Source: Candidatus Hydrogenedentota bacterium
Lineage (GTDB): Bacteria > Hydrogenedentota > Hydrogenedentia > Hydrogenedentales > SLHB01
Assembly (NCBI GenBank): GCA_029974275.1
Contig: JARKSN010000288.1
Span: 59,435-123,434 of the forward strand
Reading direction: 5' to 3'
DNA: 64,000 nucleotides
This document shows, piece after piece, positions 50,563 to 59,195 of the stretch. The first letter of the stretch is position 1. Each line of letters begins with the position of its first letter. The notes beneath the pieces are model-generated. The model was not told the origin of the DNA and made no database searches. It saw only the letters and a list, made by a program, of their open reading frames with translations. A program made the position numbers and the translations under genes.

Positions 50563-51891
50563 TCACGGCGATCCGCCATCGGCGGTTATACCATAAACCG
50601 TCGCCTGATTCATGCTGATTCGAAGACGGCAGCGAACGAGGGGCAGGTCCGAAAGCAAAAGGCCGTCCCAATCCAAACGGATCCGATCGCTGTCGACGGC
50701 ACGCGCCCGGCAAGGATTGACGCCGCCCAGGGGAAGGCCCGCTTCGTCCAGCGGCTCGACATCGATCCAGCCCTGCGAAGCGTCTGCGTCAAGATATACA
50801 GGCGAACCCGGAACAGAAAATGGCGGGGTGACGAAACGGCCCGATGCGTGCGAGACCACGCCCGTCAGCCGACGCGTGCGATAGGCCGCTTGTTCGAGGG
50901 AGCGGTTGCGCGCCACGAGGAACATCCGGCGGTTGCCGCTTGGATACGGCTCCGCAAACGACCATATTCCCAGATCCGCGTCGCGAAAGGGCCGTTCCCA
51001 TTGGCGCCCGTCGGAACTGACCATCAGTTCCGTGGCGAGTTTCCGGCTGAGTTGTCCGGGCCGGGCCGGATCGGCCCAGTATTTCAGCAACAACGCCAGG
51101 CAACGGCCTTCGTGAAAAAATGGGCGCATGGCGTAGAATTCCGTGTTGGGCGGATCGCGATCATCCGGCTGAAGCATTTGTTCCGGCAGGGTCCACTCGA
51201 GCAGATGAGCAGACGACCTTCGGGCAATCACGCGCCGCTGCCGGCCAACCAAGTCGGGATGCGGCTTGTCGGGCCATGGCACAAGAACCGTCTGGTATAC
51301 GTCATACCCTTCCTCGCGCGCCAGCAGCGAAAATATCCCCGAACCGCCCGAAAACACCGGATTTTCCGCCACGGGACTCCAATCCGTGCCTTTGTCCGAC
51401 ACCGCCGCATAGGCCCCTTCGCCGCCGGGAGAACGCCGATCCCAATACAGCGCCCACAATTTCCCCTCCTTAACAACCACCTGAAAAGCGCTGAGCGGCG
51501 CATTGCCGTCGCTGCGGGAAAAGGGCGCGGCAAGCATGGCGATGTTGTTGGGGCCTCCCCAGGGGACAGGTTCCTGCCGCAACGCAGGGACGGTCCACCG
51601 TCCTTCCCGGATGGTTCCCAGACACACGGCCCGCCTTTCTGGATCGCTGCGTAAATACCAAACCAGGACGCCCTGGGGCGACGCCAGCGCCGCGAATGGG
51701 AGATACGACGTCGCCGCATGAGCGGGATCCGCGGGAATCAATAAGGAGGCCGTCTCCGGGCGTTGCGCCTCGATCGTCACCCCTTCGGCGTCTTTCAGGT
51801 CCAGAGGAGAGAAAAACGAAAAAGGCAGCCCCACACTGAACGCCAATGCGACTGTCACATGGAGCCAACACGCTGTCATGCCGTGGTTCAT
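50563..51891 (-). CDS. Secreted protein, probable beta-propeller glycoside-hydrolase-like fold
   Basis: N-terminal hydrophobic signal; Asp-box-like SDKGTDW and SSDGRQW; EFYAM motif. Confidence 0.6.
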   Translation of the reverse strand: MNHGMTACWLHVTVALAFSVGLPFSFFSPLDLKDAEGVTIEAQRPETASLLIPADPAHAATSYLPFAALASPQGVLVWYLRSDPERRAVCLGTIREGRWTVPALRQEPVPWGGPNNIAMLAAPFSRSDGNAPLSAFQVVVKEGKLWALYWDRRSPGGEGAYAAVSDKGTDWSPVAENPVFSGGSGIFSLLAREEGYDVYQTVLVPWPDKPHPDLVGRQRRVIARRSSAHLLEWTLPEQMLQPDDRDPPNTEFYAMRPFFHEGRCLALLLKYWADPARPGQLSRKLATELMVSSDGRQWERPFRDADLGIWSFAEPYPSGNRRMFLVARNRSLEQAAYRTRRLTGVVSHASGRFVTPPFSVPGSPVYLDADASQGWIDVEPLDEAGLPLGGVNPCRARAVDSDRIRLDWDGLLLSDLPLVRCRLRISMNQATVYGITADGGSP

Positions 51892-51923
51892 TCCGCTGAC
51901 GCGTGCGCCGCGGTCCTCTTGCT

Positions 51924-51986
51924 AGAGCATTTTCGCCAATTATGCCTACGCCATGTACGCTCAAGAAACGTTGGCGAAAATGCTCT
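51924..51986. repeat. Perfect 16-bp inverted repeat
   Basis: AGAGCATTTTCGCCAA (51924-51939) and TTGGCGAAAATGCTCT (51971-51986), 31-nt spacer. Confidence 0.8.
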
Positions 51987-52055
51987 CACAAGACTGATCG
52001 TAGGCACAAAAAGTTAAACTGCTCAGCGCTTCGTCAGGCTGGGAGGCCTGACATG

Positions 52056-52087
52056 AAAAAAGCCGCAGAGCGAAATTCTCCACGGCT
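52056..52087 (-). terminator. Intrinsic terminator closing the small-peptide array
   Basis: AGCCGTGGAG-AATTTCG-CTCTGCGGCT-TTTTT on the minus strand, 25 nt after the peptide 3 stop; a second hairpin at 52033-52052. Confidence 0.75.
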
Positions 52088-52111
52088 GCACAGAATTCTT
52101 GTACGATTCGA

Positions 52112-52309
52112 TTACACGGTTTGGGTTTTGCCCAACACGGGGTACACGCGGTAGAGGCCCCACGCTACAAGGCTGCCCCAGTTCGTGAGGGGGCCAACGC
52201 CGTTCACGGTGATGCCGGGAACGCCGCCCGACTGCTTGCCCCAATCCCAACCAATCGTGCTGTCGGAAACGGCCGACGCCGGCTTCGAGACACGCGCAAT
52301 GTGTTTCAT
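52112..52309 (-). CDS. Small leader-bearing peptide 3 (65 aa) MKHIARVSKPASAVSDSTIGWDWGKQSGGVPGITVNGVGPLTNWGSLVAWGLYRVYPVLGKTQTV
   Basis: GAGGAGAAGGA RBS; shares the MKH..PAxA leader with two upstream ORFs; alternative ATG at 52318. Confidence 0.8.
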   Translation of the reverse strand: MKHIARVSKPASAVSDSTIGWDWGKQSGGVPGITVNGVGPLTNWGSLVAWGLYRVYPVLGKTQTV

Positions 52310-52390
52310 GTATGTCATCCTTCTCCTCGGAGCCCTACGTAGCGTTCGCACATGCGTGAACGTCGGCCCCGGTCGTGTGTTAGTCGTTAA

Positions 52391-52519
52391 CTAGACGGAC
52401 CAGTAATACTGTTGCTTCGGGCTCGGATTCCCGGTCTTGAAATAGCTCGGCCAGTTCCAGATCGGCCCAGACTCCGCCTTCGCCGGGGCGTCTTTCGTTA
52501 CAACCGTCAAGTGCTTCAT
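52391..52519 (-). CDS. Small leader-bearing peptide 2 (42 aa) MKHLTVVTKDAPAKAESGPIWNWPSYFKTGNPSPKQQYYWSV
   Basis: Translated by hand (below the track cutoff); GAGAGGG RBS, ATGATG start, shared leader. Confidence 0.8.
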   Translation of the reverse strand: MKHLTVVTKDAPAKAESGPIWNWPSYFKTGNPSPKQQYYWSV

Positions 52520-52698
52520 CATTCCAACCCTCTCGTGTATATGCCACCCGCCGCGCTCACGACTCGCAGGCCGCCGCCACGACTTTTGGCCGTTTGTGTT
52601 GCCCTTCCCGGCATCCGCTATGTGTCCGGGAAGTCGTCCGGGAAAGGCCTTCGTCTTTCCGAAGGCCCCCCGCCCGTCTCCCTACGGGAAAATGTTCC

Positions 52699-52851
52699 TT
52701 ACTTCGTCAGGAACTGGTTGACTTCACCCAACACCCAATTGGTCTGCTGAGTCGTCAACGGCGTCTTGCCAGTCAAGTTCCGCCATTCCACCAACGAGAA
52801 CCACGCGGCCCCAGCCGGCTTCTCCATCGAACGAACCTGGACATGCTTCAT
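52699..52851 (-). CDS. Small leader-bearing peptide 1 (50 aa) MKHVQVRSMEKPAGAAWFSLVEWRNLTGKTPLTTQQTNWVLGEVNQFLTK
   Basis: Translated by hand; full-consensus RBS AAAGGAGGTGA 7 nt before ATG; shared leader. Confidence 0.85.
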   Translation of the reverse strand: MKHVQVRSMEKPAGAAWFSLVEWRNLTGKTPLTTQQTNWVLGEVNQFLTK

Positions 52852-53018
52852 GTGGCTTTCACCTCCTTTCTCCTTCCGTCTTGGTCATACGCCATCTAGT
52901 CAACGCCACCTCGCGAGACCTGCGCCTCGCCAGGTTGTGGCCCTATTGTGGACTATCCCTCGGGGATTCGCAACTTTATTGTCCCCATCCGGAACAGTTC
53001 CCCTGCTTCCCAGACACA

Positions 53019-54587
53019 TCAAGGGCTCTCGAACAACCCCAAATCGCCTCCCTGCAAAATGGCCTGCGCGATAAGACCCAACACAGAATCGTCATTCGCG
53101 CCGAAAAACAACTTGTCCACCGCCGAAAGCAACTGGCCCAGTCCTTCCATTTCGCCGCACAACTGACGCGTCTGACGCGTCAACGCCTCCGTCTCCGAAG
53201 CGTCCAGCGGAAGCCCTGCAAGCCCTTCTATCGCCCACTGCTGCAATTCATACGCGGCCAATCGATCCTGACTATAGGTGGCGCCTTCGTTGAGCTGCTC
53301 ACCCAGCCGTTGTAGGGCCTCGAACACGTGCCGCGCCGCAACGGGGTTTTCTGCCGCTGCGTATTGGTGGCCATATTGTAACAAATCTTTTCCCAGATCG
53401 CAAAGAAAATTGCGCTCGTTCTGGCCAGCGTTCAGCGCGACCACCATCTGGGCCACCGGCAGCGACACGCCGGCGTCCAGCAGCGCCTTGAGGCGGGCGT
53501 CCGCAAAATCCTGGGTGTGTATGGATGCGCTTGTCAACGGTTTTGCGGCTTCGAGGGCCGTCAGGAGGTCATCCCATTTCCCCTGCTTGGCATATTCACG
53601 GGCTTCGAGATAAGACCAAATGGCGTTTTCCGGGTCCTGTTCCCGCAGCCGCCGATACAGCGCGATGGCCGTTTCGGCGGGAGCGCTGTCGTCGTTGCTG
53701 TAGCGCAGGGCAAGGGCGCGTTTGGCGGTCGCGTTGTCAGGATAACGCCCTACGGCCTGCACAAGCGCCTGTTCCGCTTCGGCATCGGATATCGACGCGC
53801 AGGCTCCCACGATGGCTTCGGCCGTGGAGTGTTCGTTGGCCACGATGTCTTTCGCCTGGCTTTCCATGACGCGCGCCCATTGCGCCAAACGCATGCGGGC
53901 GCCCTCGTCGGTCAAGGCAGCCCGGCGAGTTTCGATGATTTCCTGCAATGAGAGTTGGTTGAGGTTGACGGGATGCGTGGCCTCGAACGATTCACCGGCG
54001 GGAGGAAGAGGCGTCCGCGCATGGTGCGCAAGACCGTCCCGCAGGGCTTTCATCTCGGGAATATCGATGGAAGAAGCCGACGTGGCGTGCGGCGACGGGT
54101 CCGGCGAGGTCATTGCCGTTCGAATGTCGTTTTCAGACGCGTTCCGGAAGGCCTTGTGGTCGCGCCAGTCGGGAATACGCCCTAGCCAAACCGCCAGCGC
54201 GATCACTGCGGCAGCGGCGATGCCGCTCGCCCATTTTCCCCATGCCCGGGAAAAACTGCGGACGGCGCGGCGGCGCTCCGGGAAAGCGACAACGCGTTCC
54301 GGCGCGGCGTGCGGCGATTCGTTTTGATCCACGCCTGCAAGCACTGCGGCGACCAAATCCACGGCGGGGGCCTTGTGCGCCAATTCTTCGCCCATTGCCG
54401 CAAGATCGGCGTAGATCGCGCGCATGTGGTCGTATTCACGGCGATAGATGTCGCCGGCGGCGATGCGTTCACGGACGGACATCGCCGCCGCGCCTTCGAG
54501 TTCGCCCTCGAGCAACGCGATCACTTCGTCCAGCGCTATGGGGTCCGTTTCCTGTTTCACGCTACCGGCACTCTCTCGTTCCCGCAC
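53019..54587 (-). CDS. Putative anti-sigma factor with large extracytoplasmic TPR-like domain
   Basis: N-terminal anti-sigma-like helix (ALLEGEL...), one TM segment (GIAAAAVIALAVWL) and TPR-like repeats (DPENA); abuts the ECF sigma gene. Confidence 0.7.
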   Translation of the reverse strand: MRERESAGSVKQETDPIALDEVIALLEGELEGAAAMSVRERIAAGDIYRREYDHMRAIYADLAAMGEELAHKAPAVDLVAAVLAGVDQNESPHAAPERVVAFPERRRAVRSFSRAWGKWASGIAAAAVIALAVWLGRIPDWRDHKAFRNASENDIRTAMTSPDPSPHATSASSIDIPEMKALRDGLAHHARTPLPPAGESFEATHPVNLNQLSLQEIIETRRAALTDEGARMRLAQWARVMESQAKDIVANEHSTAEAIVGACASISDAEAEQALVQAVGRYPDNATAKRALALRYSNDDSAPAETAIALYRRLREQDPENAIWSYLEAREYAKQGKWDDLLTALEAAKPLTSASIHTQDFADARLKALLDAGVSLPVAQMVVALNAGQNERNFLCDLGKDLLQYGHQYAAAENPVAARHVFEALQRLGEQLNEGATYSQDRLAAYELQQWAIEGLAGLPLDASETEALTRQTRQLCGEMEGLGQLLSAVDKLFFGANDDSVLGLIAQAILQGGDLGLFESP

Positions 54588-55183
54588 TACAATGCATCAC
54601 GCACCGAACCATACCGTTCCCGCAACATGCGCAGAATCCGGTGGAGCCGCGTCCGGACGGCTCCTTCCGTGCTTCCGACAATGTCCGCGATGTCCCGAGC
54701 CTGCATATGCTCGAAAAATCGCAACATGACTATTTCCCGCGATTCGTCGTCTAACCCTTCGAGCGCCTGAGTCACGAAGGCGCGGCGATCAGCGGCTATC
54801 AACTGTTCCTCCGCTCCGTCCGCCGACGAGCGGAATAGTTCTCCCGAATCGGCGCGGGCCGAACTCGCGTAGGTTTCGATGGACTCCATCGGCACGGCGC
54901 GTTTGTGCTTGATGGCGTTCAAACACAAATTTCGCGCGATGCACAGCACCCACGGACGAAAGACCCGTTTCTCGTCAAAACGGTCTCGGGCTTTGTACAC
55001 CCGAATAAACGCTTCCTGGGCCATATCTTTCGCCTGCTCCACGTCCCGGAGGTAATGGAGGCAAAAGCGGAAAATATCCGCCTGGTATCGATGCACCAAC
55101 TCGGCCAAGGCTTGGCGTTGCCCCTGGTCGAGCAGGACCATCAATTCTTCATCTGTCTTTGCGTTCAGGTCCACGCAGCGCAT
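54587..55183 (-). CDS. ECF-type RNA polymerase sigma factor
   Basis: DEELM, AKDMAQEAF, FRPWVLCIARN and DIADIVGSTEGAVRTRLHR motifs. Confidence 0.92.
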   Translation of the reverse strand: MRCVDLNAKTDEELMVLLDQGQRQALAELVHRYQADIFRFCLHYLRDVEQAKDMAQEAFIRVYKARDRFDEKRVFRPWVLCIARNLCLNAIKHKRAVPMESIETYASSARADSGELFRSSADGAEEQLIAADRRAFVTQALEGLDDESREIVMLRFFEHMQARDIADIVGSTEGAVRTRLHRILRMLRERYGSVRDAL

Positions 55184-55487
55184 CCACGCTTCCCCTCGTC
55201 TCCCGTGCCGGTCCCGCCGCCGAGCGAAGGCCGTCGCGGAAACCGCGTGTTTCCTCCGGGCCTGTCTCGTGGTTCCGGCCTTCCAAGCGGGGAGGCGGGA
55301 ATGTTTCGCCTCCGCTGCGGCACGAGCGCGGTCCATGAGCGCGTCAATGTATACCACCGAAGCGGCGGAACATCACACATGCGGCGATTTTCGCATTTTG
55401 CCGCCGCCGCGCCCTTCCACTCGCGCGCCCGGAATCTGATAGAGTATGAGGGTGTTGCTTCCATTACAGAACGAAAGGAACCCAATC

Positions 55488-55982
55488 ATGTCTATCATGA
55501 CAAGCTTGCGGGAAGAGTTCAACCAAGAGTCCGCCGTCACGCGTCGCATCCTCGCGTACCTCCCCGAACACCGCTTTGGCTGGAAGCCCCATCCGAAATC
55601 GATGTCGTTGGGGCATCTGGCGAACCACATCGTGGATATTGTGGGGTGGACCGGGGTCATTGTGCGGCGCGAAAGTTTTGAATTCGACAGCGCCCACTAT
55701 GTCCCGACCCAGCACGACCGTCTTTCGGCCCTGCTCGAGGCGTATGACGTTGCGGCGGCGGATGCCGCGGCCGCCTTGACCGAATTGTCCGACAACCAAC
55801 TGGGCGCGCCGTGGCGGTTGGTGGATGCGGGCCGGACGATTTTCGAGCTTCCCCGGCTCACGGTGCTCCGGTCGTGGATGTTCCATCATACCGTGCATCA
55901 CCGCGCGCAGCTCACCGTTTATCTCCGCCTGAACGACATTCCCGTGCCTTCGGTATACGGCCCAAGCGCCGATACGCAGTAA
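55488..55982 (+). CDS. DinB family protein
   Basis: WKPHPKSMSLGHLANH and HTVHHRAQLTVYLR motifs. Confidence 0.9.
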   Translation: MSIMTSLREEFNQESAVTRRILAYLPEHRFGWKPHPKSMSLGHLANHIVDIVGWTGVIVRRESFEFDSAHYVPTQHDRLSALLEAYDVAAADAAAALTELSDNQLGAPWRLVDAGRTIFELPRLTVLRSWMFHHTVHHRAQLTVYLRLNDIPVPSVYGPSADTQ

Positions 55983-56042
55983 GGGGAGCATGCGGCGACG
56001 TTGCTTTGGGGCGCGGGGCGCTCGATGGGGCGACCTTCGTTC

Positions 56043-57509
56043 TCACGACAAGTCCGGCCGGGTGAGAAGTTCGTCTTTTTGCACGCCGATGCGCCGGGAC
56101 AGCATGACGCGGTAGATTTCCGGATTGCGAAGGCGCTTGAATTCTTCGGGCAGCGACGCTATTTGCGTTTGGGCAAAATCACGAATCTTGTGAATGGGAG
56201 GGGTCTGGGCGATGCGGCGGCCGTTCGCGAACGCGATCTGCAGCAACGGCTCGGCGGAGACGGCGTCGCGCAGGCGCGATTCGAGATGGGGCTGCGTTCT
56301 GCGCCGCCCGACAATTGTCCCGCTGCTTGGCCAATCCTCGTCCATGTCATAGAGGACGTCGCCGACCGGGCGTCCTGCGGCGTCGAAATGCCGCACAACC
56401 TGTTTGCGGCCCGGGTCCGTGGCTTTTTCGACGTTGGACGATATTTTGATGCGGGGCTGCCATGCGTCGCCGTTGGCGATGGCCACCAGCTTGTATACGC
56501 CGCTAAAAGACGGGCAGTCCCACGACGTCACCAACCGCGTGCCAACGCCCCATGCATTGATCTTGGCGCCTTGGCGTTTCAGATCGGCGATGAGATCTTC
56601 CTCCAAATCGTTGGAGGCGACAATCAAAGGATTTTCGAGTCCCGCTTCCGTGATCATCCGGTGCGCCTGTTTGCTGAGCTTGGCCAAATCGCCCGAGTCA
56701 AGACGGATTGCGGCGCGGGCGTTGACGCCCTTCTCGCGCAGTTCCTTGAAGACGGCGATGGCGTTGGGAACGCCGCTCTCGATGGTGTCGTAGGTGTCGA
56801 CCAGCAAGACGCACCGTTCGGGATAATTGCGGGCGAAGGCGCGAAAGGCTTCCAGTTCGCTCTCGAAACTCATCACCCAGCTGTGTGCGTGGGTCCCCGA
56901 GACGGGTATGCCGTAGACCCGGCCCGCGAGCACATTCGACGTCGAGGTGCAACCGCCGATGTGAGCCGCGCGCGATGCACTGATGGCGCCGTCCGGTCCG
57001 TGGGCGCGACGCAACCCGAACTCGAGCACGGGCTCGCCGTCCGCGGCAAGACAGATGCGCGCCGCCTTGGTCGCGATCAACGTTTGAAAGTTGAGCATGT
57101 TGAGCAGGGCCGATTCGACAAGTTGCGCTTCAAAGATGGTTCCTTCGACTTGGACAATCGGCTCGTGTGGAAACGCGAGCGTTCCCTCGGCCATCGCGCG
57201 CACGGTGCACGAGGGACGGAATGCGCGCAGCATGTCAAAGAATTCCTCGGAGAACAGATCCAAGGTGCGCAAATACGCGATGTCGTCATCCGAAAAACGG
57301 AGATGTTCCAGATAGTCCAGAAACGAATCGAGGCCCGCGACGATCGCAAAACCATTGTGTGGCGGCAGCGTGCGGAAAAAATACTCGAACGACACGCGCC
57401 GGTCCGGACGATGTTCGCGCAGGTACCCGGCCATCATCGTCAGTTCATACAGGTCGGTGAGCAGGGCGATTCCCTCTCTCTGAAACCACGGGGCAAACGG
57501 CGCATTCAT
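56043..57509 (-). CDS. pncB: Nicotinate phosphoribosyltransferase
   Basis: LLTDLYELTM, EFGLRRAH, GTHAHS, LVDTYD and RLDSGD motifs. Confidence 0.96.
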   Translation of the reverse strand: MNAPFAPWFQREGIALLTDLYELTMMAGYLREHRPDRRVSFEYFFRTLPPHNGFAIVAGLDSFLDYLEHLRFSDDDIAYLRTLDLFSEEFFDMLRAFRPSCTVRAMAEGTLAFPHEPIVQVEGTIFEAQLVESALLNMLNFQTLIATKAARICLAADGEPVLEFGLRRAHGPDGAISASRAAHIGGCTSTSNVLAGRVYGIPVSGTHAHSWVMSFESELEAFRAFARNYPERCVLLVDTYDTIESGVPNAIAVFKELREKGVNARAAIRLDSGDLAKLSKQAHRMITEAGLENPLIVASNDLEEDLIADLKRQGAKINAWGVGTRLVTSWDCPSFSGVYKLVAIANGDAWQPRIKISSNVEKATDPGRKQVVRHFDAAGRPVGDVLYDMDEDWPSSGTIVGRRRTQPHLESRLRDAVSAEPLLQIAFANGRRIAQTPPIHKIRDFAQTQIASLPEEFKRLRNPEIYRVMLSRRIGVQKDELLTRPDLS

Positions 57510-58081
57510 GGAAGATCCCCTGACTGCACAAAAGCAATGCCTGCCTGTTTCATTTCGTCCATCGCCGCCGCCCCCGCGCCCGGAGGAACGTCCACCGCGC
57601 GGATGGCGTCTTCCAGCACGACGGTCTCAAACCCGGCGCGAACGGCATCGATCGCCGTGTGCTTCACGCAATAATCAGTCGCGAGACCGCACACGAAGAC
57701 ACGCGAAACGCCGCGTTTTTCGAGGTCCTCCGCGAGCGTCGTCCCCTGGAATCCGCTGTACGCCTCGCGCGCCGCGTCCGTTCCCTTGCTCACCACGAGA
57801 GCGTTGGCGGGCACGCGGAGATCGGGATGAAAAGCCGCGCCGGAAGAACCGGCGACACAATGCGCGGGCCAGCTCTTGTCCATGAATTGCGGCGCGGCGC
57901 TGAAACTGCAATGCGCCGCCGGGTGCCAATCGCGCGTGAATACGACCGTGTCAAAACGCGTTGACAGGGCGTTGACGACAGGCACAATGGCATCGCCGCC
58001 ATTGACAGGCAGGGCGCCGCCCGGACAAAAATCGCTTTGAATATCCACAACGATCAGGGCGTCGGTGGGGTTGCGTTTCAC
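57506..58081 (-). CDS. pncA: Nicotinamidase
   Basis: VVDIQSDFCPGGAL, DWHP, WPAHC and GLATDYCV motifs; GTG start at 58081. Confidence 0.94.
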   Translation of the reverse strand: MKRNPTDALIVVDIQSDFCPGGALPVNGGDAIVPVVNALSTRFDTVVFTRDWHPAAHCSFSAAPQFMDKSWPAHCVAGSSGAAFHPDLRVPANALVVSKGTDAAREAYSGFQGTTLAEDLEKRGVSRVFVCGLATDYCVKHTAIDAVRAGFETVVLEDAIRAVDVPPGAGAAAMDEMKQAGIAFVQSGDLP

Positions 58082-58118
58082 GTCGGAACACCTCTTTCCA
58101 GAGACCTTTGTCGATGCG

Positions 58119-58772
58119 TTAGAACGCCGCGACGCGTCCGGGAACGAACCGGAGCCATACCGCGCCTTCGTCTTCGCCGACGCGTTCGATGATCTTGAGC
58201 GAGTCGACGGCCGCCTCGAATTTGGCGGCATTGAGCGGTCCGGCAAGGATCGCCTCGTACACGTCCCGCAGCGCTTCCATCGTGAAAGGCTCGGCCAAAC
58301 ACTGCGCCCCAACGCCGATATGGCGAATGGCGATGCCCAGATAATCCCATGCGCGGTCGACGATGTGCGCGTGATCAAACGCCAGTTCAGGCAGCGACAT
58401 CACAGGGAACCAGCCCACCGCGGAAGCGTCGTCGTTGGGTTTTAGGTTGAAGCGCGCCGCATCGATCAACGCCAGATAGGCCACCGTGACGCTTCTGCCG
58501 CGCGGATCACGACCGGGATCGCCAAAGGCGTGAAACTGCTCGAGCATGATTCCGCCCACGCCCGTCTCTTCTTCGAGTTCTCGCGCTGCGGCCTCTTCCA
58601 ACGGCTCGTCCATCTCGACGAAACCGCCCGGCAATGCCCATGCGTCGGCGAAGGGATCGTTCTTGCGGCGCACCAACAACACATGCAAGTGCGCCCCCAG
58701 GATGCCAAACACCACGGAATCCACCGTCAGCATCGGCCGCGGATACTCATACGTATAGCGCGCTTCACTCAT
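58119..58772 (-). CDS. NUDIX protein, NrtR-like regulator of NAD salvage
   Basis: WALPGGF...RELEEETG, RDPRG and LAFDH motifs; C-terminal FTMEALRDVYEAIL (wHTH-like); heads pncA-pncB. Confidence 0.8.
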   Translation of the reverse strand: MSEARYTYEYPRPMLTVDSVVFGILGAHLHVLLVRRKNDPFADAWALPGGFVEMDEPLEEAAARELEEETGVGGIMLEQFHAFGDPGRDPRGRSVTVAYLALIDAARFNLKPNDDASAVGWFPVMSLPELAFDHAHIVDRAWDYLGIAIRHIGVGAQCLAEPFTMEALRDVYEAILAGPLNAAKFEAAVDSLKIIERVGEDEGAVWLRFVPGRVAAF

Positions 58773-59147
58773 ACCTCTGGTCTACCGCATCCCGTGCGAG
58801 AAGTCAACCCGGCGTTTTCCGCGGACCGGCCCAAGAAAGGAGGAGCGAGGCGGGCCCTGCGCATCTGGCAAAACATCCGTGAAAAATCAAGCCAAACTGA
58901 TCCCCACAATGCCGCAGTCGCGCCAGGTCCCGCTTCGATCCCTCCGTCCGCATGCAACATCCTTCCGCCTGCCCGAATGCAGTATTCGGCAAAACTGTCA
59001 ACAGAATATTCGGCAGGGGCGAAGATGGGGGAAAATCAGCATGCCTGCCAGCCCACAGGGCAAAAAAAAGAGCGCTGAATCTCGAAAACTGTATGCGAAA
59101 ATCAACGGAAACAAGTAAATGCGTCCCTTTCTCATATTCCCTGAAAT

Positions 59148-59195
59148 ACAATGTATTTTGTGTTGACAGAACCCAGATACCACTATATAATGGGG
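59148..59195 (+). promoter_or_regulatory. Consensus sigma70 promoter with two NrdR-box-like sites
   Basis: TTGACA (59163-68), 17-bp spacer, TATAAT (59186-91). ACAATGTATTTTGTGT (59148) and CCACTATATAATGGGG (59180) are 32 bp apart and resemble the consensus acaCwAtATaTwGtgt. Confidence 0.8.

Noticed and set aside
52412..53315. Plus-strand track ORFs over the peptide region
   Set aside because: They lack RBSs and motifs, whereas the minus-strand small ORFs have RBSs, a shared leader and a terminator.
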